Shown here: in pieces, positions 51,766 to 64,000 of the stretch
How positions within the stretch are numbered: position 1 is the stretch's first letter
How the letters are laid out: the number at the start of each line of letters is the position of its first letter
Source of the DNA: Balanoglossus misakiensis
Lineage: Eukaryota > Animalia > Hemichordata
Reading direction: 5' to 3'
DNA: 64,000 bases
Assembly: GCA_040954595.2 (NCBI GenBank)
Contig: CM082585.2
Span: 3,874,902-3,938,901 of the forward strand
Notes under the pieces: model-generated
What the model was told of the DNA's origin: nothing
The model's database searches: none
What the model saw: only the letters and a program-made list of their open reading frames with translations
Made by a program: the position numbers and the translations under genes

Positions 51766-53279
51766 AGCGAATGATTGTGGAGAATATATAAAGGCGTGTG
51801 GACAGTAGGGAGAACGAAAGCGAACTGAACATCAGAGGCAAGGTTTTATTGTTATGCAAATACCTCGAGCAATATGCTAAATAGAGAGAAGTGACATTGC
51901 AAGGAGGTGTTAAGATATAACAACAGGTGAAGCAAACTGAACACAGTTGTTGGTGGCATGCAGATTGAGCTGTCAAAATCGCACAAATCAGGAACAGCCT
52001 ACCAAGATTACGTGGTTTATGCAGCACTCTCGTAAGGTTCTTTTTGATTGGTCAAATTCTTTACCATGTCACCACTGGTATACAACAATGCATGTGATAA
52101 ACAATCAAATTTGCATGCCTCCCAAAGCGCCACACATTGTCAAATTACACATGTTGCGCATGCTCCTGACACGCTCTATACCTTAGACAACTTAGACAAT
52201 ATTAACCAAACAATAAATATTAGACAAAATCATCCGATAAGGCCAAAAAATGAAATGTTTCAGGTCAGCGCGCGCGTCACTTGAATAACAACGTGCGTCG
52301 CCCTTTTTTCCTGGTTTTTGGTGACGGCAACGGCAAACTCTAACTGCTTTAGCTATATCTATAAAATACTGGACACTTGGGGGCGCGTGATCAGTGACTG
52401 CATGAACAGTATACATGTGACTATATGATTAAACTAACTTGACAGGGAAAAATAAATAAAATTGCGTCTCCACACAATTTCTGGAATTAGAAACAGCAGA
52501 TACACAAAGCAAAATTACTAAAAGTGAAAAGTTTGATCTAAACCTCCGGACAACGTGTTGTTCATTGCTTGTGTGCCTTCGAGTAAGATGATTATTATGT
52601 ACATGTTACCAACATGTTTTCGTGGTTTTCTAGAAATATAGAAATAAATACAATTGACTTATTTTGTCAAGTTTTCCTTGCAAACACCATTGTCATTGAA
52701 TGTACGTACATGCGTAAACACACCACTGCTTTAAAACAAAGAGGTGATGGGTCACGTATTTACTGCGTTGTATTGAATTGAGCGGACAAATTCTTTTGGT
52801 TTTCATGCATTCTTTCACAGCTTTCCCGAGTAGTCTGCATAATGCGCCCTCTTGTGGTGACGTGTCTTCAGGGAATCGGCCCATCGGCCAGATAGAAACA
52901 AATCATCGAAGTGTTCCATCACTCTCGTTACAAAGAAACAAAATCCGCCATCGTTCCCGTTGTTAGATAAACGTTTGAAGTGTTTTGCCCTTTGGTGAAA
53001 CACGTTATAGGAAAATTTGTTTAAAGAATAGTACTTATTATTTGACATAAACTGATTGGAACGAGCACATTGTTTGAAACGGTACGTAGGGCCAATGGTG
53101 TGGTCAGATTTTACTTCCAAGCCCAAGCCCCACAGAGGAAGGAAAAGCGCTCGTACTCGTGTATGACATTATTACACTGTACTTTTTGTCACACCTGTGG
53201 GAAGGTTACATCAGCCACGCTGAGCAAGCTTGATTTCCAACGGCCAGACTAGCCGCATTAACAACAACAATGCTTTCTA

Positions 53280-53900
53280 GTATTACACACAGGTCCGAGT
53301 GAATAAGAAAGTTTTCCGGTTGTAGACTCTGTAGATCGACTGTTTGTTCTAAAATATCCATGGTTGCTTCCAAACACTGGCTTGTTATTTGAATATTCCG
53401 TTGTGATGCGTAGAACACACAGGCCCGAGCGAATAAGAAAGTTTTCCGGTAGACTCTGTAGATCGACTGTTTGTTCTAAAATATCCATGGTTGCTTCCAA
53501 ACGCCGTCTCGATATTTGCATATTCCGTTGTGATGCGTAGAACACACAGGTCCGAGCGAATAAGAAAGTTTTCCGTTTGTAGACTCTGTAGATCGACTAT
53601 TTGTTCGAAAATATCCATGGTTGCTTCCAAAAACTGTCTTGTTATTTGCATATTCCGTTGTGATGCGTAGAACACACAGGTCCGAGCGAATAAGAAAGTT
53701 TTCCGGTAGACTTTGTAGATCGACTGTTTGTTCTAAAATATCCATGGTTGCTTCCAAAAATCGTCTCATTATTTGCATATTCCGTTGTGATGCGTAGAAC
53801 ACACATGTCCGACCGAATAAGAAAGTTTTCCTGTAGACTCTGTAGATCGACTGTTTGTTCGAAAATATCCATGGTTGCTTCCAAACGCCGTCTCGACATC
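53280..53900. repeat. ~125-bp tandem repeat, about 5 units
   Basis: Repeated acacacaggtccgagcgaataagaaagttttccgg...atccatggttgcttccaaa...tattccgttgtgatgcgtaga. Confidence 0.93.
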
Positions 53901-53917
53901 AGTAGGAACACAAGTAC

Positions 53918-54029
53918 AATAATATATCATGCTAATACTGTGTCGTGATTCGCCAGAATCAATATAATTAACCGGAGTGCCTTGAAAAAATATAAACCGG
54001 TCACGTGACTGTTAGCATGAGGTTTAATA
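53918..54029 (-). mobile_element. Deleted body of element D family (both IRs, no palindrome)
   Basis: catgctaatactgtg.cgtgattcgccagaatc...aaaatataaaccggtcacgtgac...gttagcatgaggttta matches 44240-44460. Confidence 0.75.
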
Positions 54030-54248
54030 TAGTCTGGTTCCCTGCCCCAATCCCACCGCTGGCTGCGCTACGCTAAAGGGAAAGGGTCAGGCACGGCCTA
54101 ATGTAGTCTGGTTCCCTGTCCCAATCCCACCGCTGGCTGCGCTACGCTAAAGGGAAAGGGTCAGGCACGGCCTAATGTAGTCTGGTTCCCTGCCCCAACC
54201 CCACCGCTGGCTGCGCTACGCTAAAGGGAAAGGGTCAGGCACGGCCTA
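54030..54248. repeat. Three tandem 74-bp units with imperfect inverted ends
   Basis: tagtctggttccctg...caggcacggccta at 54030, 54104, 54178. Confidence 0.92.
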
Positions 54249-54345
54249 TTGTAAACATGGCTCTCATTGGTCAATACATACGAGCATTAAGTTGTTAAGT
54301 TTATAAGTTGTTGTAAGATACTCATTTCCCGTTCTCTCTTTCACC

Positions 54346-54772
54346 TAGTCTCGGTTACCCAGAGCCCTCTGCTTCTTCCGTTAGGCACTCCAGAAAGAGG
54401 GTCTGGGGAAACCCGGTAGACAAATCGCCAGGCGGAATCGGGACAGCTGCGATGCATGACGGGAGATTAATATTCGATACGATATTATGATATGACGATA
54501 TTAGAAAACTATTTACCAAACTTCTCTCTCTCTTTTCAATTTGTATACAGTTTTAGCAGGTTTAGCACTTCTCAGCATGTTTTCTTTATCGTATGTCATA
54601 CAAGTCGGCCGTGAGGTTCGCGCGCAGGACGTCGCCATTTTGGAATATTAATCTCCCGTCATGCATCGCAGCTGTCCCGATTCCGCCTGGCGATTTGTCT
54701 ACCGGCTTTCCCCAGACCCTCTTTCTGGAGTGCCCAACGGAAGAAGCAGAGGGCTCTGGGTAACCGAGACTA
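54346..54772. mobile_element. MITE with ~130-bp TIRs (TAGTCTCG...CGAGACTA) and perfect 9-bp TSD
   Basis: tctttcacc flanks both ends; near-perfect TIRs suggest a recent insertion. Confidence 0.92.
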
Positions 54773-54937
54773 TCTTTCACCTCCATGAATGTTTATCATT
54801 CGATTTCCAACTTTACGACAAATGAAACAACATAAACTGCCTGGACGAATCTTGACTGGCGTTGGGCACAATACCAGATCTAGCTACACAAAGGTAGCTC
54901 AAGTGCCTCGGATTCATTTTCATGTGATTTAAATTAA

Positions 54938-55460
54938 ACCACATTTTGACAGGGTCAGTTTCCTTTTACGATAAATTACCATAGTAAGAATATAACACGA
55001 TAACCTTTGGTACTGGGTATAGAAATTAAATGAACAAAGACTTCAATGTACCTGGCACTGTTTGTCGTCCGACAGTTCCGCATGAAAAATTACTTTCACA
55101 GTCTGTCGGTCCTAAGATGAATTACCATTGCAACAAAAGACAATGGTATACTTTGTCACTGGGTATAGAAATGAAACGAACAAACACTTCAACGAACCTG
55201 TCACAGCGTGGCATCTGGCGTTTATTTACGGACAGTGCCCATGGTAACGCATAAACATTTACTTGTCCTTCTAACCCTTTTGGACAAGTTGTTTGCTAAA
55301 AGCGAAAACTCAAGAAAAACAGAAAAAGACGCAAAACTGTGTTTATCTGCTCACATCAGTATCGTAACACCAATTGCAACTTCTTAACAGAAGCCCCAAA
55401 TCACAAAAGTTGTGTTTTTTTCATGTAGAAAAATATTGCAATTTCCTTTTAACATGTGGA
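54938..55460 (+). repeat. ~520-bp dispersed direct repeat, copy 1 (also 58123-58640; partial 58880-59065 and 60085-60290)
   Basis: aaattaccat.gtaagaatataacacgataacctttg...aatcacaaaagttgtgtttttt shared. Confidence 0.85.
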
Positions 55461-55657
55461 TTTCTAGACATACTTAAATAGTAAATCGTCTAAAAAACGC
55501 ATCTAGATTCGCTATAGAGCAAGTATGTATGTTCATGTATGTTCATGCCAATTGGCACCGATAGATTATGATCGAAGTACACATCATTTCAGATAGAAAC
55601 GTCTCTATATAAGAAATCTTATACCTTTTGTGATATTTTGCTGAAGGCAATTTAAGA

Positions 55658-56254
55658 TCTCTCCCTCTCTCGCTCTCCCTCTCCCTCCTCCTCTCCCCCT
55701 CTCGCTCGCTCGCTCCCTCCCTCCCCCTCTCTCTCTCTCTCTCTCTCTCTCGCTCCCTCTCTCTCTCTCTCCCTCTCCCTCCCTCTCTCTCTCTCTCCCC
55801 CCTCTCTCTCTCCCTCTCTCTCCCCCTCTCCCCCCTCTCTCTCTCTCCCTCCCTCCCCCTCTCTCTCATCCTCTCTCTCTCCTTCCCTCTCTCTCTCTCT
55901 CTCTCCCCCTCTCTCTCTCCCCCCCTCTCTCCCCCCCCTCTCTCTCTCTCTCTCCCTCCCCCTCTCTCTCTCTCCCCCTCACTCTCTCTCTCCCCCCCTC
56001 TCTCTCTCCCTCTCTCTCCCCCCCTCTCTCTCTCTCCCCCTCTCTCCCCCAATCTCCCTCCCTCTCTCTCTCCCTCTCTCTTTGTCTCTCTCTCCCCCCT
56101 CTCTCTCCCTCTCTCTCTCTCTCCCTCCCCCCTCTCTCCCCCCTCTCTCCCCCTCCCTCTCTCTCTCTCTCTCTCTCTCCCCCTCTCTCTCTCTCCCTCC
56201 CTCTCTCTCCCCCTCTCTCTCTCTCTCTCCCCCCCTCTCCCCCTCTCTCTCTCC

Positions 56255-56288
<34 letters not shown>

Positions 56289-56330
56289 TCTCTCTCTCCC
56301 CCTCTCTCTCCCCCTCTCTCTCCTCTTTTC
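55658..56330. repeat. ~670-bp polypyrimidine (CT/CCT) tract
   Basis: Direct reading; explains the ERG-rich and SLP-rich ORFs. Confidence 0.97.
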
Positions 56331-58122
56331 ATTTATGAAATTACTGATTGTAGTTGACGTAATACTGTCCTATTGTACGTTACATCAGAGTCAATAAGAT
56401 TTTATTCGCTGGAAGTAGGAACAAGCTGGCCCATAAAGCTGGTAACCGTGGCTAGTGCGCCCTCTGTTTTGAACTTTGAATAAACATATAACTCGTTGTG
56501 AAGATGTCACCAATCGACCTTTCAAATTTATAGGCGCTACTCTGCAGACGTTCACAGAACAACCGACGCTCACACTGTTGTAGACGCTACAGACGTATAC
56601 TGATTCAAGGCACCCCGTGACTCGTCAGCACTGTGAATTTGTTGAAAATCTTGCACAAGGTGGGTCATGTGTTTATTTTGAATCCCCCGAAGGTCTTTCT
56701 TCTTTTACTAGCACTGATATAAGTTATAATTAAATTTCTGCAACTTCCCCCATTCAAAAATGTTGTATTATTTCCGAGCTTTGTGTTTACTTTGATTTTA
56801 AAAACACAGAGATGGTAAGTCTGGCTTCGGAGCTGGAATCAACCATGAACAATCACCGAAAAGGTGTCTGTATGAAATCGGCTAGGCGTAAACCCAGAAA
56901 TGTATACATTGCCATGTTTCTTTAGTGCTTCACGCTTCATCGGCAATGAAATGAGGTAGTCGTGAAAGGGTGGAATTTCCCTATATAACATAGCCTAGAC
57001 AGAATTATTTAACTCAGGGGAATGCAATTTTTGGGAGGGTCACTATTATAGTATCAAGGGCATTTTGGTAAAAAAGTTAAGTCGATTTCTCGTGATATTT
57101 AGTGTTCCTTTGTTGAAATATGGTACTATGAGTTAAAAGTGTTCCGTCACATTTTATCAGTGATACAAAATTTAAAACAAATTTAAATTTTATAAAACAC
57201 ATCGATGGGCCAATCTCGAACTCCCTGATACTGTTTACGTTTTTACATTTTCCAAGAAAATGGCAGTGTCAGAGATCAAATTTAGATTGGGCTCTTTGTT
57301 TAATGACCGGAACATCGAACACTGGCATCGGAAAATATATTTCGAGACTTGAGTCATTCTGTCAAAGTTAGTATCGATTTGAATGGATAATCAATGATAC
57401 ATCTATGACCAGTTTTGGCTATAAAAATAATACCCTAAGGACTAATCGAGTCCATTGCACGGTCTGAAGTGTCAAACAAACGTCTTCCATAACTGCAGAG
57501 TAGACTGGGTAAAGGTAATACATTTTTTTGGCTGATCGCTTTTAGGTTTGTTGAAATAGTGGCAAATTTGTAATATGTATTTTAGGGCATTATTAATTTT
57601 GGCAATTTCCCCTCCCCCTGTTCCTTCAAACCAGCCCGGCCTCTGTCCTGCAGTCAAGTGATTCCGCTTTCATGTCCACCAAAATTCCGCTCCAAACCAC
57701 CTAAATATGTCTTCGCTCTGTCCAAGGGATTAAAAAAAAACATGCGTTGAGAAAAAGATCCTGAAATATACTTTTCGATGAACAGCTCCGTTAGCTGCTC
57801 CTATTTGAATTTAGGTTAAAATTAAGCCATATCAGAATTGCTTGTTGGAAAGATAAAACATTATTTAATAACGGACACCAAAGTTCGTAAAGAAGACAAA
57901 ACTAAAAACAAAACATACACACACACACAAAAAAAAACTAATATCAGACTGAAATCCCGAAACCTAGTTTCTCTATTCAAAATTATGGTACATGGGTTTA
58001 ACAAACACGAATTTCAAGCGACTAAACGGTAGAACAAAAACAACCACCACTTCTTTTCAGATGTCCTTATGTTGATATGTAATTTAATTGATGTTCTTAA
58101 TTATTTTGGTATCCAAGTCACG

Positions 58123-58640
58123 AACCACATTATGACAAGGTAAATTACCATTGTAAGAATATAACACGATAACCTTTGATACTGGCTATATAAATTAAAT
58201 GAACAAACACTTCAATGTAAATGTACCTGGCACTGTTTGGCGGCTGACGATTGTCGTCAGACAGTTCCGCATGAAAAATTACTTTCACAGTCTGTTGGTC
58301 TTAAGATGAATTACCATTGCAACAAAAGACCATGATAAACTTTGTCACTGGGTATAGAAATGGAACGAACAAACACTTCAACGTACCTGTCACAGCGTGG
58401 CGTCTGGCGTTTGTTTACGGACAGTGCCCATGGAAGCGCATACATATTTTCTTATTCTTTTAGCCCTTTCGAACTAGTTGTTTTGCTAAGAGCGAAAATT
58501 CAAGAAAAACAGAAAAAGATGCAAAACTATGTTTATCTGCTCACATCAGTATCGTAACACCAACTTCTTAACAGAAGCCCAAAATCACAAAAGTTGTGTT
58601 TTTTTTCTTACAGAAAAATATTCAATAACCTTTTAACATA
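58123..58640 (+). repeat. ~520-bp dispersed direct repeat, copy 2
   Basis: Colinear with 54938-55460. Confidence 0.85.
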
Positions 58641-58647
58641 TGGATAT

Positions 58648-59463
58648 ATATATATATACTTTAAAAAAAAAACAGTTTATGATGGAAATGACGTTAAGAT
58701 CAACGCAACTACTGACACAGATGTACGTAAATTTTACAACAGACATGCGTATTAGCCCACTTCCGGACTGTCAAAAAACTAACACATTACAAAATGGCGG
58801 ATGGCACTTATCTCAGTCTATCTTCGTGACGCGTCTTGCTCAGTCACATGAGACGCAGTGTTCAGCGAAAAATATATAACTACCCGATTAACCCTTTCGA
58901 ACTAATTGTTTTACAAAACTCCAATCGTACAGAAAAAAGGCGCAAATCTATGTTCATCTGGTCACGGAAATTTAAAATCATAACACCAACCTCTCAACAT
59001 AAGACAATAATCACAAAAGTGGTGTGTTTTTTTCGACAGAAAAATATTGTAATTATCTTTTAACATATATGGTGACAAGGGAAGCGATGCTTACAGAGTG
59101 AATCGTTTCAGGAAACCTACATCTAAATTGGAGACATTCTCCGTACAGAGATTGTAGCGCGTGGATAATTCTAATCTAGCTAAGGGGTCTGACTACCTGC
59201 ATGACCTGCTATAATCTCTGTTCGCTGAACACTGCGTCTCACGTGACTTGGCAAAAAGACGCGTCACGAAGATAGACGCAGATAAAGGCCGACCGCCATT
59301 TTGAAAAGTGTTAGTTTTTTGACATTTTCCCGGAAGTGGGCTAATGCGCATACCAGCCAAATGCGCATGTCTGTTGTAAAACTTACGTACATTTGCGTCA
59401 GTAGTTGTATTGATTTGAGCTTCACTTCCATCATAAACTGTTGGATTTTTAAAAATATGTATA
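58648..59463. mobile_element. Element with ~210-bp inverted repeats
   Basis: aacagtttatgatggaa...gcagtgttcagcgaa (to 58868) vs ttcgctgaacactgc...ttccatcataaactgtt (from 59221). Confidence 0.8.
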
Positions 59464-59927
59464 TTCGGGAAGAGTAAAAATGAATGTCAAGAAACGCGAC
59501 AGATTGAATGTAGCCCGGAAGTTATAGAACGTTCATTTATTAGCCAATCAGATTCCACAATTCTAAATATGGCGGTTTGTGTTTACCTGCCTCTTTGGTG
59601 TTTGTCACCGAGGCAGGGTACCAGCCAATAATCTCTGCCACGGGCAAAATTTGAATATTCCGAACAGGCTTGCACGCGCACACTTGGTTTAAACTTCGCA
59701 TATTGGGAGAGCGATTCTTATCCAAAAGAAGTCACCTTCTGTACCCAGTCAAAAAAGATTCCGTGTTTCGAATGTTCTAGCCATCCCCACTTTATTTGGT
59801 TTTAACGTCACTTATCGCCATTATCGGCCACAACGCCAAAAACTGTTCTGCATAACTTACGACAACGGGGAAGTCATTTTGAAATGTGTAATCACCTTTC
59901 ATGTTACCTGGCGCAGGAATATTGTGG

Positions 59928-59998
<71 letters not shown>
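59928..59998. repeat. (CAT)n trinucleotide microsatellite
   Basis: Direct reading. Confidence 0.97.
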
Positions 59999-61497
59999 AT
60001 TTTACGAATTCCAAATGTTGCTCTTTACTTATTTGTTATCTTAGTCACGAAGCACTCTTTGACATAGTCTGTTAGTCTTACAATAAATTACCATTGTAAG
60101 AATAGACCATGATAACCTGTGATACTGGGTGTAGAAATTAAATGAACAAACACTTCAATTTACCTGTACCTGATTAGCGTCTGACTATTGTCTCGGAGAG
60201 TGCCCATGGTAGCGCATAACAATTTACTGGTACTTTTAATCTTTTTAAGAATACTTGTTTTGGAACATAAGAGAACGGGGCGCAAATCAATGTAGTCCCC
60301 ATGAAGTACTAAGTAAATGACAGACATTTTATTGCATGGTAATTTCTTTAATCATTTAAACAAGTAGGCCTACACACATTCTCTCTGAAAGCTACTGTCA
60401 GACGTTAAAAACGAAAAGAAGGAAACGTAGTAACAACAATTTAGCATTTACAAACACACAACTAGGGCAATGTCGTTGAAAAGAATCCTCAGATATTACG
60501 TACTGAATGATCTTAAAATAAATACTTAATTGCGTGTCATCTCATGGTTACGTTTACGAAATAACATATTGCTGAATTGTAAGTAACGCTGTACATCATT
60601 GCAATAAAGGTCATCATATTGAATTCGTAACGTCTGAATACTTGGGGATGAACAACAAAACAATAAAATTGTCTATTCCAAAAACGAAACTGTGAGATCA
60701 ATTGTAAAGACTATAATATGCTAGGTATAAGCGAATGGTTAGTGGGCTCATCCAGATATTGTTTTTCTGTATAAAGACTTTTTAAGCATCACTCGAGATG
60801 TATACTAAGTATGAATCTAACACACAATAAATAAAAAAATCGAAAATGTGTAAATAAACAATCCATCGCCGTGAAACACATTGAAACCATCTTAAACCTT
60901 TGAGATTGATATCTCCAGTAATTGTTTCCTTCATTTCGGCGCAAAATTTTACTGTATATGCTGATACACTCATAGTAAATTCTGACACGAAATTATTGTT
61001 ACCATTGATAACTTCAGTACTAACAACTATATAGAAGCCACGCTGGCCAAAATGTAAACGGGTCTGACGATTTTAAATCAAAACCAGACTACCAAATATG
61101 TTTCAAATCTGATAAGACGTTCTTAAAATTCGGTCGACGCAAACACAGAGACAGCCATTTTGAGACCCAGAAGCCAAATATGACCGCCCAGCCGCCATAT
61201 TGGATTGCATCATGAATTACATAAAAATGCATATGAACACCACTGTACATTTTTCCTGTATTATGTTTTAATGGAATTGAATTAAACATGTAGAGAAATG
61301 TAATTCGATATCCTGTGAACCATACTGCATCGCATCACAACATCACAAACCATATTCTCGCTCAGGCGTTCAAATAGTTTTTTGTTCTGAATTTGAATGA
61401 ATTTTGTTTGTACATAAAAAGAAACATCTCATAATGAATAGAGCCCAATTCATACAACTCTCGATTGTTGAAAATTGCCATTTTCTGATACACAGTT

Positions 61498-62192
61498 CTA
61501 CAAAATGTGACAGAAAGAAGATGACTCCTGATTCTCCACACGCGTTGTATGTTCCGGGTTCCTGTATATGTCGAGTGGGTCTTCTGGTGGGGTATGTAAG
61601 CTGTAAGCGTAGTCAGGCTGTAGTAAACGGGTCGGTTTTCTCTTCAGTGAGGTATACCCGCGCTGCCGACTTGCACTTGTTACCATATCAAATAATCGTT
61701 GGACTTGATCATGTGATTTGGTTCTATTGTTAAAAGCAACTAAACGTTGATCGCATTCATAAAGCAACCGCTTAAAATGGATTGGAATTGTACTCAAATA
61801 TTCTCTCAGTGTAATACCATCTTCGATTAGTATGTCAACCCTTGTTAATACAACGATGAGGTATCAACGCTTTCTTGTGTGAAACGGTCATCGGCACTGA
61901 TGACAAGGCAAATAGCATCAATACCATCTCCCATTTCCTCAGCAAGGTCAACTGATTTACCGATCTCTGACAACACGTACCGTCTGTCGTAACTTCGTGT
62001 ATCAAAGGGTCCTGGAGTGTCGAATACAATTATAGTTGAATTTCCATAGCGTGTTTTTCCGAATACAGTTGACTCCGTAACTGATGACAACGATTTCTTG
62101 CTAATAAACGCCGGATAACCTAATATTGTGTTTCCTGTAGCACTCTTTCCAGTACCCGTACGCCCCACCATTGCAATACTCCAAATGGCCAT
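61498..62192 (-). pseudogene. GIMAP/AIG1-family GTPase with C-terminal CaaX, frameshifted near 61860
   Basis: G1 VGRTGTGKSATGNTILG, G2 SSVT, G3 DTPG, RFT motif in ORF 61845..62192; a second frame continues LIVVLTRVD (G4)...ECDQRLVAFNN...FCHIL*. Confidence 0.85.
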
Positions 62193-62334
62193 TGTGATGT
62201 ATACTGTATTTGAACATATTTAATGTAAGAGAGATTATTATTAATCATTGCACATTGATTTAAAATACCTGAAACGGCCACATTGAAATAATTTAAAATA
62301 CCAGATCTCATACATGTACAGCAACCATAATTTT

Positions 62335-62336
<2 letters not shown>

Positions 62337-62366
<30 letters not shown>

Positions 62367-63165
62367 CATACATACATACATACATACATACATACATACA
62401 TACATACATACATACATACATACATACATACATACATACATACATACATACATACATACATACATACATACATACATACATACATACATACATACATACA
62501 TACATACATACATACATACATACATACATACATACATACATACATACATACATACATACATACATACATACATACATACATACATACATACATACATACA
62601 TACATACATACATACATACATACATACATACATACATACATACATACATACATACATACATACATACATACATACATACATACATACATACATACATACA
62701 TACATACATACATACATACATACATACATACATACATACATACATACATACATACATACATACATACATACATACATACATACATACATACATACATACA
62801 TACATACATACATACATACATACATACATACATACATACATACATACATACATACATACATACATACATACATACATACATACATACATACATACATACA
62901 TACATACATACATACATACATACATACATACATACATACATACATACATACATACATACATACATACATACATACATACATACATACATACATACATACA
63001 TACATACATACATACATACATACATACATACATACATACATACATACATACATACATACATACATACATACATACATACATACATACATACATACATACA
63101 TACATACATACATACATACATACATACATACATACATACATACATACATACATACATACATACAT
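62337..63165. repeat. ~830-bp perfect (TACA)n microsatellite
   Basis: Direct reading. Confidence 0.98.
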
Positions 63166-63639
63166 GATGCATGCATGCATGCATTCAAACAGACAGACAA
63201 GTTTGACTTTTCAAAATACCTGTTTTCAAATGCTCTTACCGTCAATTCGAATGGACGAATGCTCCAACTGCTTTGTCGTAACTGCTAATTCTTAGAGTAG
63301 CAATACAATTAAAACAGCTGAGGTCATATCATGTGATAGTGTAGTCCACCATTTGCATAAGCCAATCAGCGGCAGGTTTACGTAAACAAAACAGTCGGCT
63401 TCAATTTTCAATACCAGATCCAGTGTTTTCAATGTGATACTCAGCCTGCGTTTACGACTTCTCCAAAGGGGCAACGGATTCCTAACACATGTTGTTTTCC
63501 AATCTTTTACGGAAAACCATTCTCTTGTTTTATTACGGAATGGTCGATTTTAACCAGGAATGGATTCCTTATAAAGAGGCAGGACGGGGGAGGGGGTTAC
63601 AGGTGATCCTCTCTCGAGAGGTTTGTTGGTGTTTGTCAG

Positions 63640-64000
63640 ATAGTACGTTTTTAAAAGACAATTTGCAAGGGGAAAATGTTTCGTATTTTAAAATCCATGT
63701 ATTCCAATATTAAGTCGTGTGTCAGAGCTGGCCACTATTTTGATTGCCCTGCTGGGGCCAGGCAGGGATGTATCCTAAGCCCTATATTATTCAGTTTCTT
63801 TATAGAAGAACTTAACTCCATGTACATGTCAGCTGGTATTATGGGTGTTCAACTTACCCAAGAATTGTATGACCTTTTCTGTTTATTATACGCAGATGAT
63901 ATCGTCATTTTTGCTGATTCTATTAGAAATAGCCCTCTTTTGCACTAAATGGCGTATGCAGATCAATCTCGATAAAACAAAGGTAATGATATTTCGTAAA
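63640..64000 (+). mobile_element. Decayed non-LTR retrotransposon RT fragment (RTE-X-like), running off the window
   Basis: ILKSMYSNIKSCVR...GARQGCILSPILFSFFI...LLYADDIVIFA...INLDKTKVMIFR. Confidence 0.85.

Noticed and set aside
53206-53948. Overlapping repeated ORFs (MFYASQRN...)
   Set aside because: Products of a ~125-bp tandem repeat whose units shift frame; no domain signal.
55543-56357. ERG-rich and SLP-rich ORFs
   Set aside because: Translations of the CT tract.
62241-63288. 280-334-aa ORFs (MYVC)n / (YIHT)n
   Set aside because: Translations of the (TACA)n microsatellite.

Overview
AT-rich, intron-containing, repeat-dense eukaryotic DNA, most likely from a marine invertebrate (inferred from gene and repeat content). 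Most of the supplied ORF track is spurious. Genes recovered by hand-splicing: (1) two tandem + strand copies of a C-type lectin + F5/8 type C (discoidin) gene at ~1.5-4.7 kb and ~7.7-9.7 kb, the second apparently damaged; (2) an unrecognised ~10-exon minus-strand gene (~49957 to 41192, ~215 aa, helical). Its terminal exon opens directly into a 14.6 x 87-bp minisatellite that repeats the last codons and stays in frame with only TGA stops; (3) a minus-strand GIMAP/AIG1 GTPase with a C-terminal CaaX box and a frameshifting deletion (61498-62192). The rest is LINE fragments (L2, Rex/Babar, RTE-like), a Tc1 transposase remnant, MITEs, foldback and nested inverted repeats, a Penelope-type hammerhead ribozyme and many satellites. 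Four sequence-unrelated non-autonomous elements share one architecture: a terminal long palindrome whose tip carries tandem G.A mismatches and a c(GNA)g triloop on the same strand in every case. All alignments and gene models were made by eye.
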